A DNA stretch of 64,000 bases from an uncultured delta proteobacterium. Lineage in GTDB: Bacteria > Myxococcota_A > Polyangia > Polyangiales > Polyangiaceae. Position 1 is the first letter of the stretch, and every line of letters starts with the position of its first letter. The notes beneath the pieces are model-generated. The model saw nothing but the letters and a program-made list of their open reading frames with translations. It had not been told where the DNA came from and did not search any database. Where the stretch lies: the NCBI GenBank assembly GCA_963841435.1, contig CAWJCS010000004.1:160001-224000 (forward strand), given 5' to 3'. This document shows, piece after piece, positions 9,410 through 20,593 of this stretch. Made by a program: the position numbers and the translations under genes.

Positions 9410-12400
9410 ATGCCGCCCGCGCACCAGCTTCGCTTCGCCAAGGCACCCAGGCCGGGTGACCGCGTGGGCCCCTACCGGCTAGGGGCGCCGCTGGGAGAGG
9501 GCGGCGTTGCCCTGGTATTCCGGGGCACCCACGAGCAGACCGGCGCCGTCGTCGCGATCAAGACAGTGCGGGCTCCTCGGGAGCGGCTCCTCGCCAGCGT
9601 GCGCCGCGAGATCCAGTCTCTGAAGCGCATCCAGCACCCTGGTGTCATTTCCATTCTCGAAGGCGGGGTGGAAGACGGTCGCCCCTGGTACGCCATGGAG
9701 CTCCTGGAGGGCGCGACGCTGCGAAAATACCTCGGGATACCGGCGAGCACGCGGATTTCGGCCACGGTCTCGGTGATCTCGGGACAGTCCGAAACGCGCC
9801 TCGGGGCCACCGAGGACCACACCACCGGCGAAACGCCACGCCACTCCGCGCCTCCGAGCCTTCGTTCCCGCGTCGGGCGCGTGCCATGGCTGCTCGGGCT
9901 GGTCCGCGAGCTGTGCGAGCCGCTCGCGTTCATCCATGGTGAAGGTATCGTCCACCGGGATCTGACGCCGAGCAACGTGTTCGTCCGTTCCGACGGTCGC
10001 CCGGTGCTCATGGACTTCGGTCTGGTGTGGCAGCTCACGGACGAAAGTCGCGAGGTGCTTTCCGTGGACATGGTTCAGGCCGGCACGATCTCTTACATGG
10101 CGCCCGAACAGGCGCGCGGCGAGCGACTCGACGCGCGCGCCGACCTCTTTGCGCTCGGGTGCATTCTGTACGAGGTGCTCACCGGCGACGTGCCCTACCC
10201 CGTGAGCAGCTGGCGCGAGCTGATCGATGCCCACGACGGGCCTCAGCCCTTGCCGCCCTCGGCCGTGGCCGATGGCGTCCCGCCCGGTTTGGACGACCTG
10301 GTCCTCGGCCTCTTGCGGCGGCACCCGCGTGATCGCATCGGTCACGCGAGCGACGTGGCAGCGGCACTCGCGGATCTGGGTGCCTCGGACACGCGGACTT
10401 ATGCCGCCCCGCGGGCGAAGGCGTACCTCTATCGCCCCGAGCTGGTCGGTCGCAGTGAGCCGCTTCGACAGGCGCTCGTTTCAGTGGCCGCGCTTTTGCG
10501 CGGCGAGGGCGGCCTCATGCTGGTCTCGGGCACGAGCGGCATCGGCAAGACCACGTTCGTCTCGGAGCTGGCTCGGCAGGTGCAGCTCGCACAGCACGCC
10601 GTCGTCGTCGGCCAGTGCGTGGCCGTCGGTGTTGCTGGGGGGCGCGGCCTCCGCCAAGGTGGCCCACTGTACCCGCTCGCCCCGTTGCTTCAGGCAGTCG
10701 GTGACCGCTGCGTCTCGGGCGACCGGGAACGAACCGACCGCTTGCTGGGCCCACGGGGCAAGATCCTCGCGACCGTCGAACCGTGGCTGCGCTCGCTGTC
10801 GGCGCTCGCACCGTATCCGGACCCCCCCGAGATACCCGGCGAAGCGGCGCGGCGCCGCTTGATCGATGCGCTGGCAGAAACTCTGTCTGCGTTCGCGGCC
10901 GAACAGTCCACGTTGCTCGTGCTCGAGGACATCCAGTGGGCGGACGATCTCACGCTCGCGTTTCTGAGCTCGCTTTCTGCGCGCTTCTACCGAGACAACC
11001 CGGTCCTGATCGTGGCAACCGTCCGCTCGGAGGAGGTGGGCCCGGCGCTCGACCACTTGTTCGCCTCCCCCCAGACTTCGACGGTCCGGCTCTCTCGCCT
11101 CGACACGACCGCCGTCGAGGAGATGGGAGCAGAGATGCTCGGGCAGAAGCTGCTCCCGCCCGGGCTGGCAGTCCTCCTCGCCGCGGAGTCGTCGGGCAAC
11201 CCGTTCTTCGTCGCCGAGTATCTGCGTGCCGCGGTGGACGCGCGCTTGCTGTTTCGCGACGAGCGGGGTCGCTGGCAGCCCGAAGCCGGCAGATCGTTCG
11301 AGGCGCTCGGGCTTCCGCGGACGCTCGAGTCCCTCGTCCTGCGCCGCATCGAGGATCTCGCCGGCGTCGCTCGAACGTCTGGCGGAAGTTGCTTCGGTGC
11401 TGGGGCGGCGGGTGGAGCTCGATGTCCTGATAAAGCTCGCGCAAAGCGTCAACGTCCTCGCTGGCGAGGGCAGCCTGGAGGAGGCGCTGGAGCCGCTGCT
11501 CCAGCGTGAGATCCTCGAATCGGACACGGCCGGTTCCGTCCGCTTCTCGCACGACAAGTTGCGCGAGATCATCTACGAGAGCCTATCGCCCGTGCAGCGA
11601 CGGAAGCTGCACGCCGCGAGCGCCGCCGTCCTGGAGCAGGAGCACCGAGCGCCGGGGGCACTCCAGCGGGCTGCGGCCGTGCTTGCGCACCATTTGGAGC
11701 AGGCGGAAGAATTCGAGCGCGCGACGGACTTTTACGACATGGCCGGCGCCTACGCGCATTCGGTGCACGCCAACGAGGAGGCCCGTCGTCTGCTCGAGCG
11801 AGCGCGGAGCCTCTCGACTGGGCTCGAGCACGCGCCGAGCGCACTCGTGGGTGCCCGGCGCGAACGCCTACTCGGGTTGAGCGCGCTCGCGATGGGCGAC
11901 ATCAATGGCGCCCTGTCTCACCTGACCGAAGCCGTCGGCGTCGCCGGGCGCCCTTGGCCTCGCTCGAAAGCGAGCTCCGTGTCCCGCTCGCTGGTCGGTT
12001 TCGTGCGAGAGATGGGCAAGCGATGGACCGCACGCGCGGAGCCGCCCTTGCTGCCCGGCGAGGAGCGTGAGCTCTTGCTGGAGGCCGCTCGCGGCTACGA
12101 GCGTCTGCTCGTCGTGCACTACTTCGCAACGGGCGACATGCTCGCGGTCGTGCTCGCGGCCTTCACCAACGTCGGCCTTGCCGAGCGAGCGGGCGGGGCG
12201 TCGGCGGAGCGCGCGCTCGGATACGCCACGCTCGCGGCGATGTTCGCGCTCGCGCGGCTCGATTCCCGCGCCCAGTCGTACGGCACGCGCGCCCTGGAGA
12301 CCGGGCGCGATAGCGGCGACGAAGTGGCCCTCACGTGGGTGAAGATGAACGTCGCCCTCGTTCACCTGCAGGCGGGCCGCTGGCTCGAGATGCGAGGCCT

Positions 12401-13235
12401 GCTCGAAGAGGTGCGCGACTCGTCGGCACGTATGGGATTCGCTCGCCGCTGGGAGGAAGCGACCAGCCAGTTCAGCACGGGACTTCTCTTGAATGGCCGC
12501 TTGGAGGAGAGCAAATCGCTCAACGACGAGCTCTTGGGTCGCATCGAGCGCGCCGACCCTCAGAGTCGGTGCTGGGCCGAGGTGCGCGAGGCGGAGCTCA
12601 GGCTGCTCCAGGACGAATTCTCGGGCGCGCTCACGGCAGCGCGGGCTGGCGCCAACGTCTGTCGGCAGGGTCTCGGCCGCGCCGAGTGGATCTTCGCGCT
12701 CGGGACGCTCGCGATAGCCGAGCTTCGCTCCGGAAACCGCCCGGCCGCCCGGGCCGCTGCCGACCAGTGCCTGGACTGGATCCGGCGGGGAAACGCGCCG
12801 GTATTTTATCATGTCTTTCCGTACGCAGCGCTCGCCGAAACGTACCTCTCGCTTCATGCCGCGGCGACCGACCGCTCGGAGCGCGCCGAGCTCGTGCGTT
12901 GCGTGCGCCGCACCATGGCGGCGTTCCGTGCGATCGCGAGCGCCATCGCCGTCGCCGCGCCGCGCGAAAGGCTCTTCCAGGGATTCGCGGCGCTCCGCTT
13001 GGACGGCTCGCGGAGGCGCGCGCGAGGCTTCTTTGCTGCCGCACTGGAGGCCGCGCGTCGGCGTGACATGCCTTACGACGAAGCGCTCGCGCTGACGGCA
13101 CTTTCGGAGGCAGAGCCAACGAGCGCCGCGCGCCGCGCGCACCTCGAGCAAGCGGCCGCCCTGTTCGCTCGGATTGGCGCCACGAGCGACCGAAGCCGCG
13201 TCCAGGCGCTGCTCGCCGGTGACGCTGCCAGCTAG
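9410..13235 (+). CDS. Ser/Thr kinase + STAND/AAA ATPase + TPR-like protein; frameshift near 11372
   Basis: VAIK, HRDLTPSN, DFG, YMAPE; Walker A GTSGIGKT, Walker B LLVLEDIQWAD, GNPFFVAE; continues in the 11226..13235 frame (ASVLGR...FSHDKLRE, helical repeats). Confidence 0.85.
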
Positions 13236-16200
13236 ACCTTGAAGAGGTCCATCAGCTTTCCCACTCGTGTGAGAAGCCCCTTCATGTCGTCGAAGAGCGG
13301 GCCGGGCAGGGCACCGCCGAGCTTGCCCACCGAGTCCCTCGCCTGCTTGTAGCGCTCCCCGATGTCCTGGTCGTAGCCCACTCCGAGTTCCTTGACGAGC
13401 GAGGCGTCGAGCGTGGCGACCATAGAGCCGAGGAACTCGCGCATCGGCTGTTCGCCACCGTAGAGCTCCATGGCGTCGAGGGCGTGCTCGAGCTTGCGGT
13501 CGAAGTCCAGGATGTCCAAGAAGTGGCCGAGCTCCAGACCCATGAGGCGGCAATCCACGCGCTTCATGAAGTCGAGGTCCTCGTGCTCTTCCTGCTCCGG
13601 ATCCCAGATATCGGGCGGGTCGTAAGGCCGGTAGCTCGACGCACCGTTGTAGGTCTTGTTGCGAAGGTTCTCGATCTGGAGGCGGCCCTCCTCGAGAACG
13701 GCCGTCGCGGGCTTTTCGCTGTCGTCCTCGCCGAGCCGATCGAGAATCGCTCGGACCGCGTGCCGCGCCGACTCGTTGGCGGCTTCCATCGTGGTCATGC
13801 GCGTGTGCGTCGCCATGAAAGTGCCGCACACGACCCAGCGTGTGGCGTTGATCGAGTAGGCGATCTCGGCGTCGCCCACGGCGTCAACGCGAGGAGTGCG
13901 CCCCGGACGGTGCTCGTCGAGCCCCTTGACCGAACCGAGGAACTTCGTCGCGTTCCCTTCCTCGGTGATGGCACGGTCGAGGTGGAAGCAGCGCGGCTCT
14001 GCCATGCGATCGTGCGGGCCGATCAGCTCGGTGAGCTGATTCCACACGGTGCGCGCCACTCCGAGGCGCCGATAGCCGAGATTCTCTGCGCCCGTTAGGT
14101 CTCCCGATTCTCCCAGCTTGACGACGGACCAGAAGCTGCCCGGTTTGGGCTTGTCGGAATACTTGGCGTCGCAAATGTCAACCGACAGGACTCCGGCGTA
14201 GCCGTCGGCGAACCGCCCGCGCGTCAACCAAAACTCGGATTGGGAGATCGACGAGAGGCCCCAGTCCGAATAGGGAAAGTACATGTGCCCCTTTCCGATG
14301 CTGGTCTTGGCGTCGAAGAAGAACTGGATGCCGGTCATGTCCTTCATGGCATCGTGCTTCACGGCTTCGTCATGAAACTTGGGGATTGCGGCAAAATCGT
14401 GGGCACGCCGCGCGTCGCGCTTGAGAGGCTCGAGGAGCTCCGCGGTACGCTCGAGGCTCAACGCGAGGACGTAGAAGTCTGGCTGTAGCGCGGAATGCGG
14501 ATTTTCATGCGTGAGTAGCTGGTACGAGTTTTGCGCGTAGGTCACCTTGGCGTCGATCGGCTCGCCGTTCAGACGGACGATTTTCGGCACTAGCTCGCTA
14601 CCCCTCGGCTCGAGCGCGTCGAGCTTGAGGCAAAAAAACCGAACACCTTGTGACTCGAGATACTCCCGCCACGGTTCGAGCCAGGCGTCGCTCGTCGGGC
14701 CGTTGAGCGTACGATCGACGCGCGTCCCGTCCTTGAGCTGGTCGAAGAGCATCTGCAGGGCGATGTTGCCGTAGGTTCGCGCGTCAACCTCGTCAACCGA
14801 AAAAGCGAGCAGCGCCTGGGCTGCCGACTTGATTTGGGCCTGCATCGGCTTGGAGAACTTCCCCACGTCGATGAAGTCCTGCCACGATTCGTCCTCGTAC
14901 TTGGCGCGGCGGCGTTCAGAGCTCGAGGTCATGTAGCGGAGCAGCTTGGCGAAGAGCAACAACGCGTCACGCTGGGTCCCTCCCAGTCGCCTGACGAAAC
15001 GGTCGCTCGAATCCCTGAGGCCCTCCCAGCCGCGCGGGCGCTCGCGCGCAATCTCGACGACGATGGGCGGCTCCGCGGGTCCCTTGCCGGAGCCGGGGCG
15101 CGCACGCCGCTTCTGGGGGTAGAGCGCGGGCTCCGCATCGTCCCAGGGCACCTTGACCCCGCGCGCTCTCTGTTGGTCACGCGTGAACGCGATGCCCTGA
15201 AAGACCGTGGGGCGCAGGTTATCGAACACCGTACGCTGGCCGTCCTGGCCGCCGTCGATGATCGGAATGCGCTTCATCGTATCGTCGAGGTGACGATAGA
15301 AGGAGGGGAAGAACCGGTAGCCGTGCTCGCCCGGCAGGCGCTGCTCGATCACGTCGATTTTGAGCCAGCCATCGGGTTCGCCGGGCAGCCGCGCCGAGCC
15401 CGTACCGCGCGCGACGAATTGCGTGTCGCCGGGGTCCTTCGCGAGGGAAGCGCCAAGCGCGTCGTTCAGGAACTGGCTCCACTCTTCCAGGCGCGTGTCC
15501 GCTATCGAGCTCGCGTCGGCGACACCCGTAACGGCGTACGGCACGAGCCGGAAGTACAGAAACTCGCGCTCGAACGCAGGGATGACGAGCGCCTTTACCT
15601 GTTTTTCCAGATCGGCCCGCGATGGCAAGTGCTCCGCGGCATCCGGGGAAGCGTCGAGTAGGGCGTTGAGCAAGGCGAGCGCCAGCTGGTCGTTCGTGCT
15701 CTTGACGAGCTTCTTGTGCTCGGCGAGCGCCGCCTCGAGCTGCTGCGCGGGGGGCAGCGGCTTTCGGCGTTTCTTGAAGCGCAAGAAGCCGAGCTGGGCC
15801 CCGCGACAGACGAGGTCCCAGAGCCAGCGCTCGCGGTACTGCTCGCGCGCGGCCAGCAGGGCGTCAACCATCGGCTGGCCGAACGTTTCGGGGTCGGAAT
15901 AGAGGATCTGGTGGAAGCGACTCGGCTCCTCGGTGGAAAGCCAGCGACTGCGGTTGAACGTGAAGAGCTCGACGAGCCAGCGAGCCACCTTGTTCGCCGA
16001 CCCGTTGGCGTAGTCGAGAGCCAGGCTGATGAGCTCGGGGTGGACATCCTCGACATTGGCGCGCACCCGTGCCGGTTGATTGGCCGCCATGCCGCCCACC
16101 AGCGGACGTCCAGGATTGAACGGGTCTTCTGCGGCCTCCAACACTTGCACGATGAATCCGCGTTCGACCAGCTCGTGGGCCACCGTCAATCCCCCAACCC

Positions 16201-16354
16201 CCGCGCCGAAGATCGTCACGATCGGTGGATTGAGCGCGTGCTTGTAGGGCAAACGCGCTTCCGGCCGCAGGCTCCTGCCCTGTTGGTCCTTCAGAAAATC
16301 GCGAGGATTGGGCGCTAGCTCGATCGCGCGTCTTTCATTTCTCGGTCGGCCCAT
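13232..16354 (-). CDS. FAD/NAD(P)-dependent oxidoreductase (amine oxidase/carotenoid desaturase-like) with a large insertion
   Basis: IFGAGVGGLTVAHELVERG (Rossmann motif), LPGEHGYRFFPSFY, LNGPTSDAWLEPW, TMEAANESARHAV. Confidence 0.8.
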   Translation of the reverse strand: MGRPRNERRAIELAPNPRDFLKDQQGRSLRPEARLPYKHALNPPIVTIFGAGVGGLTVAHELVERGFIVQVLEAAEDPFNPGRPLVGGMAANQPARVRANVEDVHPELISLALDYANGSANKVARWLVELFTFNRSRWLSTEEPSRFHQILYSDPETFGQPMVDALLAAREQYRERWLWDLVCRGAQLGFLRFKKRRKPLPPAQQLEAALAEHKKLVKSTNDQLALALLNALLDASPDAAEHLPSRADLEKQVKALVIPAFEREFLYFRLVPYAVTGVADASSIADTRLEEWSQFLNDALGASLAKDPGDTQFVARGTGSARLPGEPDGWLKIDVIEQRLPGEHGYRFFPSFYRHLDDTMKRIPIIDGGQDGQRTVFDNLRPTVFQGIAFTRDQQRARGVKVPWDDAEPALYPQKRRARPGSGKGPAEPPIVVEIARERPRGWEGLRDSSDRFVRRLGGTQRDALLLFAKLLRYMTSSSERRRAKYEDESWQDFIDVGKFSKPMQAQIKSAAQALLAFSVDEVDARTYGNIALQMLFDQLKDGTRVDRTLNGPTSDAWLEPWREYLESQGVRFFCLKLDALEPRGSELVPKIVRLNGEPIDAKVTYAQNSYQLLTHENPHSALQPDFYVLALSLERTAELLEPLKRDARRAHDFAAIPKFHDEAVKHDAMKDMTGIQFFFDAKTSIGKGHMYFPYSDWGLSSISQSEFWLTRGRFADGYAGVLSVDICDAKYSDKPKPGSFWSVVKLGESGDLTGAENLGYRRLGVARTVWNQLTELIGPHDRMAEPRCFHLDRAITEEGNATKFLGSVKGLDEHRPGRTPRVDAVGDAEIAYSINATRWVVCGTFMATHTRMTTMEAANESARHAVRAILDRLGEDDSEKPATAVLEEGRLQIENLRNKTYNGASSYRPYDPPDIWDPEQEEHEDLDFMKRVDCRLMGLELGHFLDILDFDRKLEHALDAMELYGGEQPMREFLGSMVATLDASLVKELGVGYDQDIGERYKQARDSVGKLGGALPGPLFDDMKGLLTRVGKLMDLFKV

Positions 16355-16833
16355 GGCGGTGATCCTTTCTCTTCGGGTAGGAGGTCGTCGGGTTCGACGA
16401 ACCCGTGCCGTTGCATGGTCGAATACCGTTCCCCCAGCTCCGGAAAGGTCGGACTGCGCAACGCGCCGTGGACCCAGGCCTCCACGGCGCGAGCGAGCCG
16501 GATCACCTCGTCCACGCTTCCTCGAACGTACAAATCCCCGCACTCGGCCGCACGAGCCAACGAGAGGCTCCCGGCGACGATCGCATCGAGGCAGTCTTCG
16601 GTCACGCGGATGGCGAGCCGAGCAGGCCCGCGACCACCGACCATCGGCGCTACCCACGGGGGGCCGCCGTCCAGGCGCACCAGCGAGGGGCGCGCACGCC
16701 CGACGACGAGTCGCACGTCGAGCCCGGACAGCTCCGCCTGGAGCGCGGCGAAATGGACGGGCGCTTCGCGGGCGAGGAGCGAAAGCGAGTCCTCGAGCAG
16801 TTGGACCACGGGGTGCAGGCCGGGATCAGCCAC
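16315..16833 (-). CDS. SCP2 sterol/lipid-binding-like protein
   Basis: LDAIVAGSLSLARAAECGDLYVRGSVDEV resembles the SCP2 C-terminal motif. Confidence 0.6.
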   Translation of the reverse strand: MADPGLHPVVQLLEDSLSLLAREAPVHFAALQAELSGLDVRLVVGRARPSLVRLDGGPPWVAPMVGGRGPARLAIRVTEDCLDAIVAGSLSLARAAECGDLYVRGSVDEVIRLARAVEAWVHGALRSPTFPELGERYSTMQRHGFVEPDDLLPEEKGSPPWADREMKDARSS

Positions 16834-17904
16834 GCATGAACTCCCCGACAGCGCTGCCGCTTCTGCTGAACGGTCCGCCCTGCGTGGTGCCGCACAGCGA
16901 CGCGTCGCCCACGGCTTCGTTGAGCAGCATCAAGCGGAACGGATCGCGGTCGCCCGGCACCCCGATGCGGGCCACGGCACGTGGCCGGAAGACGAGCTCG
17001 AGCTCGTCGCCGTATCCGTGCGCCTTGACCGAGAGTGCTTCGGGTACGCCGGCGGCCGGCCCAGGCGCGATCAGGTTCGCGATGCGCGGCAGCGTGAGCC
17101 CGGGCGACGCCGCGCACGCACCCGTTGGCCGAAAGTCGAGCTCGTGACCCTGGAAGATGCGCTCGAGCCGCGAACGACGCCAGAAGAGCAGGGTCTGGCT
17201 CAGTGTTCGCTCTCGACGCCCGTCGGACACACGCGCCCACACGGCGGTGAGCTGATCGCGGTCGTCGTCGTCTGCGTCGTCGTCTGCGTGCGCATATCCC
17301 CACTCCCAGCTGATGTCGTCTCCCCAGTCGAACTGACCCCAGTTGTGGTCGTGATAAGCGGGCGCGCCCGTCAGCTCGAAGCGCTGCCCCGAGAGGTAGA
17401 GCCTCCCCCAGGTCGAAAGGCGCGCCACCATCAGCCAGTGCATCGCCGTCCGGGGACCGAGTCGGACGCACGTTGGCGTGGTCGGCGGGAAGAGCGGCGT
17501 CAGCACGAGAATCCGCCTCGATCTCCGCGCTGCGGAGCGAGAGGTGATAGTCGCCGCCCTTCACCGCGAGCGCATGATTGCCGGCCCGCAGCGCGACGCG
17601 GCCCAGCAATCCACGGACGAGGGAGGCGTCGAAGCGCTCGAACGTCTCCGTTCCAGCGCGTGTGGTGACCGAGCAGGAACAGCCGAAAGCGGGGCACCCC
17701 GCCCTCCGTGCCCAGCTCGTGGCACAGGTTGAAATTGACGAGCAAGAGGCCGCCGCCCGGCAGGGAGACGCAGAAGTGCATCCACTCTTTGTAGTTGTGA
17801 GTCCTGCCGCCGAGCGACGGCTCGCAGCGCCAGCCGTCAACTTCGTCGAGCCCAGCTGCCGCCCCCGCGTAGCCGGGCTCGCGGGAAGCCTCGAGCGCTG
17901 TCAT
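16826..17904 (-). CDS. CrtC (carotenoid hydratase)/tocopherol-cyclase/AttH-like lipocalin-fold protein; frameshifts near 17640 and 17512
   Basis: YKEWMHFCV in the N-terminal frame and AYHDHNWGQFDWGDDISWEWG in the C-terminal frame; three consecutive frames join into about 360 aa. Confidence 0.65.
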
Positions 17905-18195
17905 CGGAGCACTCTTCGCGGCGGTCCAGGCGGGTCGCTCGAAGACGGTGCTTCGCTCTGGGCCTCGTCGTGGCCGGCCGGTGCAACGTCCGCGGCGGAC
18001 GCCCCGAGCAGCGTGTGGTGGAGCGAGAATCAGTCCGAGCAGGGCGTGCGTGAAGCGACGCGCATGGGGAACGGGCGGGGGATTGCCCGGGATCCGCACG
18101 AGGTCGCTGACCCGATCACCGACCGACAGACAGCCGAGAACGAGCTCCAGCAAGCGGTCCTGAGATTCGAAACATTCGATTCGTCGGTCCAGCAT
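17901..18195 (-). CDS. Small hypothetical protein (~97 aa), frameshift near 18027
   Basis: MLDRRIECFESQDRLLELVLG...LLGLI/SLHHTLLGASAAD...RRVLR*; the corrected stop overlaps the next ATG (ATGA at 17901-17904). Confidence 0.5.
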
Positions 18196-18199
18196 GGCG

Positions 18200-18577
18200 T
18201 CAGCCGCGCTCCGAGGAGCCGGGAAACAGGGTCGCCAGCAACGCCTCCCGCTCGGGCGAGGCACTCGCGGCGGCGATCGCCGTGACGACGGTGGAGGGTA
18301 GGCCATGCTCCGGCTCCTCCTCGGTCCACAGCGTCGCGCCCTGCCAGACGAGTAGCGCCCGCTCGAGCAGCTTCGATTGTGCGATCCGCTCCCGCCATTT
18401 GTTCCCCATGGCCGTCTGAGCGAAGAGCCGGCCCTCCCGCTCGAGCGCGCTGAACAGCGCGCGGGTGGCCTCCGGATGGGCAAGGACGGCGCGCTGGAGG
18501 CTCTGCAACAGATCGCCGATCGCCCGCTCGTCGGCGTCCCGGAGGACGAGCTCGGGCATGTCTTGGTTCTCGCTCAT
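18200..18577 (-). CDS. Hypothetical helical protein
   Basis: MSENQDMPELVLRDA...; typical codon usage; ATGA-coupled to the upstream gene. Confidence 0.7.
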   Translation of the reverse strand: MSENQDMPELVLRDADERAIGDLLQSLQRAVLAHPEATRALFSALEREGRLFAQTAMGNKWRERIAQSKLLERALLVWQGATLWTEEEPEHGLPSTVVTAIAAASASPEREALLATLFPGSSERG

Positions 18578-19143
18578 GCGTCGCCACTCTCTGCATTCGG
18601 GCCGACGATTTCGACCTCGAGCCAGATGCGCTCGCGCGACACGCCTGCTCGGCACTCGACGGGTACGGTCACCGAGTCTCCCGCGGCGCCGCCGGTCGCC
18701 TTCACCGAAACCCGCACGACTCGGCTTTCGTTCACACCGAGGTCGCCTCGGGGGGGAGAAAGGCTGACCGTCACTCGGGGTGACTCCGGTGTCGCGTCGC
18801 CGAGGACCAGCTCGAAATGTGCCGGGCGCGGCGTCGAGTTCGTCACGCGGAAGCGTCCCGCCGCCGTGCCGCCGGGCGCGACCGAGAGGGCGAGCTCCTG
18901 GTGAACGTGGCGCACCGCGTTCTTCCGAGCGGCCCCGAGCGTCTGCTCGAGGAACCGCTCCGTGGCGAGGTGCTCTCGGTGAAGGCGCTCGGCCCGTGCG
19001 TCGAGATGCTCGAGCACGGAGGTTTGCTGGTCGTCGCCCGCCTGCGTCCGGAGCCGCGCTTGCTTTTTCCGATGCAGAGAGAGCAGGGCGGCAACGACCC
19101 CGTCCTCGGCGTTCTTCTGCTCGCGTGGTGATCCGTATCCCAT
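18574..19143 (-). CDS. Hypothetical protein with coiled N-terminus and Ig-like C-terminal domain
   Basis: Beta-strand pattern GRFRVTN...VTVSLSPPRGDLGVNESRVVRVSV; lies within the operon. Confidence 0.65.
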   Translation of the reverse strand: MGYGSPREQKNAEDGVVAALLSLHRKKQARLRTQAGDDQQTSVLEHLDARAERLHREHLATERFLEQTLGAARKNAVRHVHQELALSVAPGGTAAGRFRVTNSTPRPAHFELVLGDATPESPRVTVSLSPPRGDLGVNESRVVRVSVKATGGAAGDSVTVPVECRAGVSRERIWLEVEIVGPNAESGDA

Positions 19144-19158
19144 TTTCAAGCAGTCCTT

Positions 19159-20380
19159 TCAGCGTGCTCTCTGCAAGACGAACTCGACCAAATCGCGTAA
19201 GAACCGCGCGTGGACGGAGCGATCCGTGCTCGGCCACTGTCGCTCGAGCGCACGGGATGCACGGCCGGCGAAGCGCTCCGCGATCGAACGCGCGTGCCGC
19301 AAGCTCGCGCCGCCGCGCCCGGCGATCAGCTCACGGAGCCGCTGCAGCCGTTCGGCGTCGTCGCGGGTGCGTGCGTCGGGATCGAGAGCCTGGGTGAGTA
19401 AGGCTCGCTCGGCCGAGTCGAGCCCCTGCGTCGTGTCGAGCACGCGCGCGAGCAGCGCGCGGTGCTCCGGGGTCGCGCTCGGCCCTTGTCGTCGTCGCTG
19501 CACGGCCGTCATGATGTCCAGGACTTCGCGCCAATCTCCTTCGGGCAGGGCACGCAAGGCGTGGAGCAGAGGTAGCGTGTATTTCCCTTCCCACAGGTCG
19601 CCGAGCGTGTCCTTGCCGATGGACGACTCGGGGAGCTCCAGGCTCAGGAGGTCGTCTTTGATCTGGAAGGCGATGCCCAAGCTGACGGCGAAGTAGCCGA
19701 GTCGTCGCTGCACCTCCGGGCCTGCTCCCGCTGCAAGCGCGCCGAGCATGACGGGTGCGACGAAGGAATAAAAGCTCGTCTTCTTGTGCACCATCCGCAG
19801 GTAGTCCCGGTCACCGAGATCGGTGCGCCGCGCGCGAATCCACGCGAGCTCGAGCATCTGCCCCTCGACGGACTCCCGCAAAATCCTGGAGAAGAGGCGC
19901 AAGAATCTCCAGCGCTCGGCCGAGCCCCAACACCTCGATGTTGCCGAGCAGCGGCTCGAGGGCGAGCGCGAACAGCCCGTCTCCCACGTTGACTGCAATG
20001 GGCATTCCGTGCGCCTCGTGCAACGTCGGTCCGTGACGGCGTAGGCGAGAGCCATCCTCGATGTCGTCGTGAATCAGAAATGCATTGTGAAAGAGCTCGA
20101 GCGCCGCCGCCGACGGCAGCGCGAGCTGGACGTCCCCCCCGAGCGCAGCGCACACCGCGAAGCACAGCGCCGGACGCAGGGCCTTCGCCGGTCGCATGGG
20201 ATAGTCGAGCATCAGCTCGTAGAGATCGGCCGTGTGTCTCCGCTCGCGCGGCACGCGACGTTCGATTTCGTGGAGTACCAGCTCTCGACTGTGCAAAAGA
20301 TATGTCTCGAGTCGTCCGCTTGGAGATGCCGACCTGGCGCGGGAAGACGACGGTGGTCGGATCGCGGTCACTTCCGGCAT
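19159..20380 (-). CDS. Polyprenyl diphosphate (GGPP-type) synthase; frameshift near 19903
   Basis: KALRPAL, FLIHDDIEDGSRLRRHGPTLH, GQMLEL, KKTSFYSF, AFQIKDDLL, DLWEGKYTL. Confidence 0.88.
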
Positions 20381-20593
20381 GGCACTGGCTTCTTGGGCTG
20401 CAACGTGACGGGAACGCGGCCGTTGCCGGGGGGGGCGCCGGCGCGGCGGAGCGAGCCCGCCATAACCTCGCGCTGTGCGCCTGTCGATTGCAGCCGCTCG
20501 CAGGGTCCCGACTTCGCTCGAGGAAGACGCGTCGGCGCGACGCCGAGACGCTCCCTTCCATGCCACCTAGGCCGGTGGTCTACTCGGGCCGAA

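Noticed and set aside
9410-13235. Kinase-STAND-TPR as an Avs-type antiphage system
   Set aside because: The architecture is a common myxobacterial signalling type, and there is no defence-island context.
11868-13829. Long Arg/Ala/Pro-rich alternative ORFs (e.g. 11868..13829, 55281..57035, 61455..63884)
   Set aside because: Shadow ORFs expected in high-GC DNA; they overlap genes with clear motifs.
15345-16065. Intein in the flavoprotein
   Set aside because: No C/S start with HN-C/S/T end and no LAGLIDADG motif seen.
13232-20380. Standard carotenoid (crt) cluster
   Set aside because: No phytoene synthase or canonical CrtI in the window.
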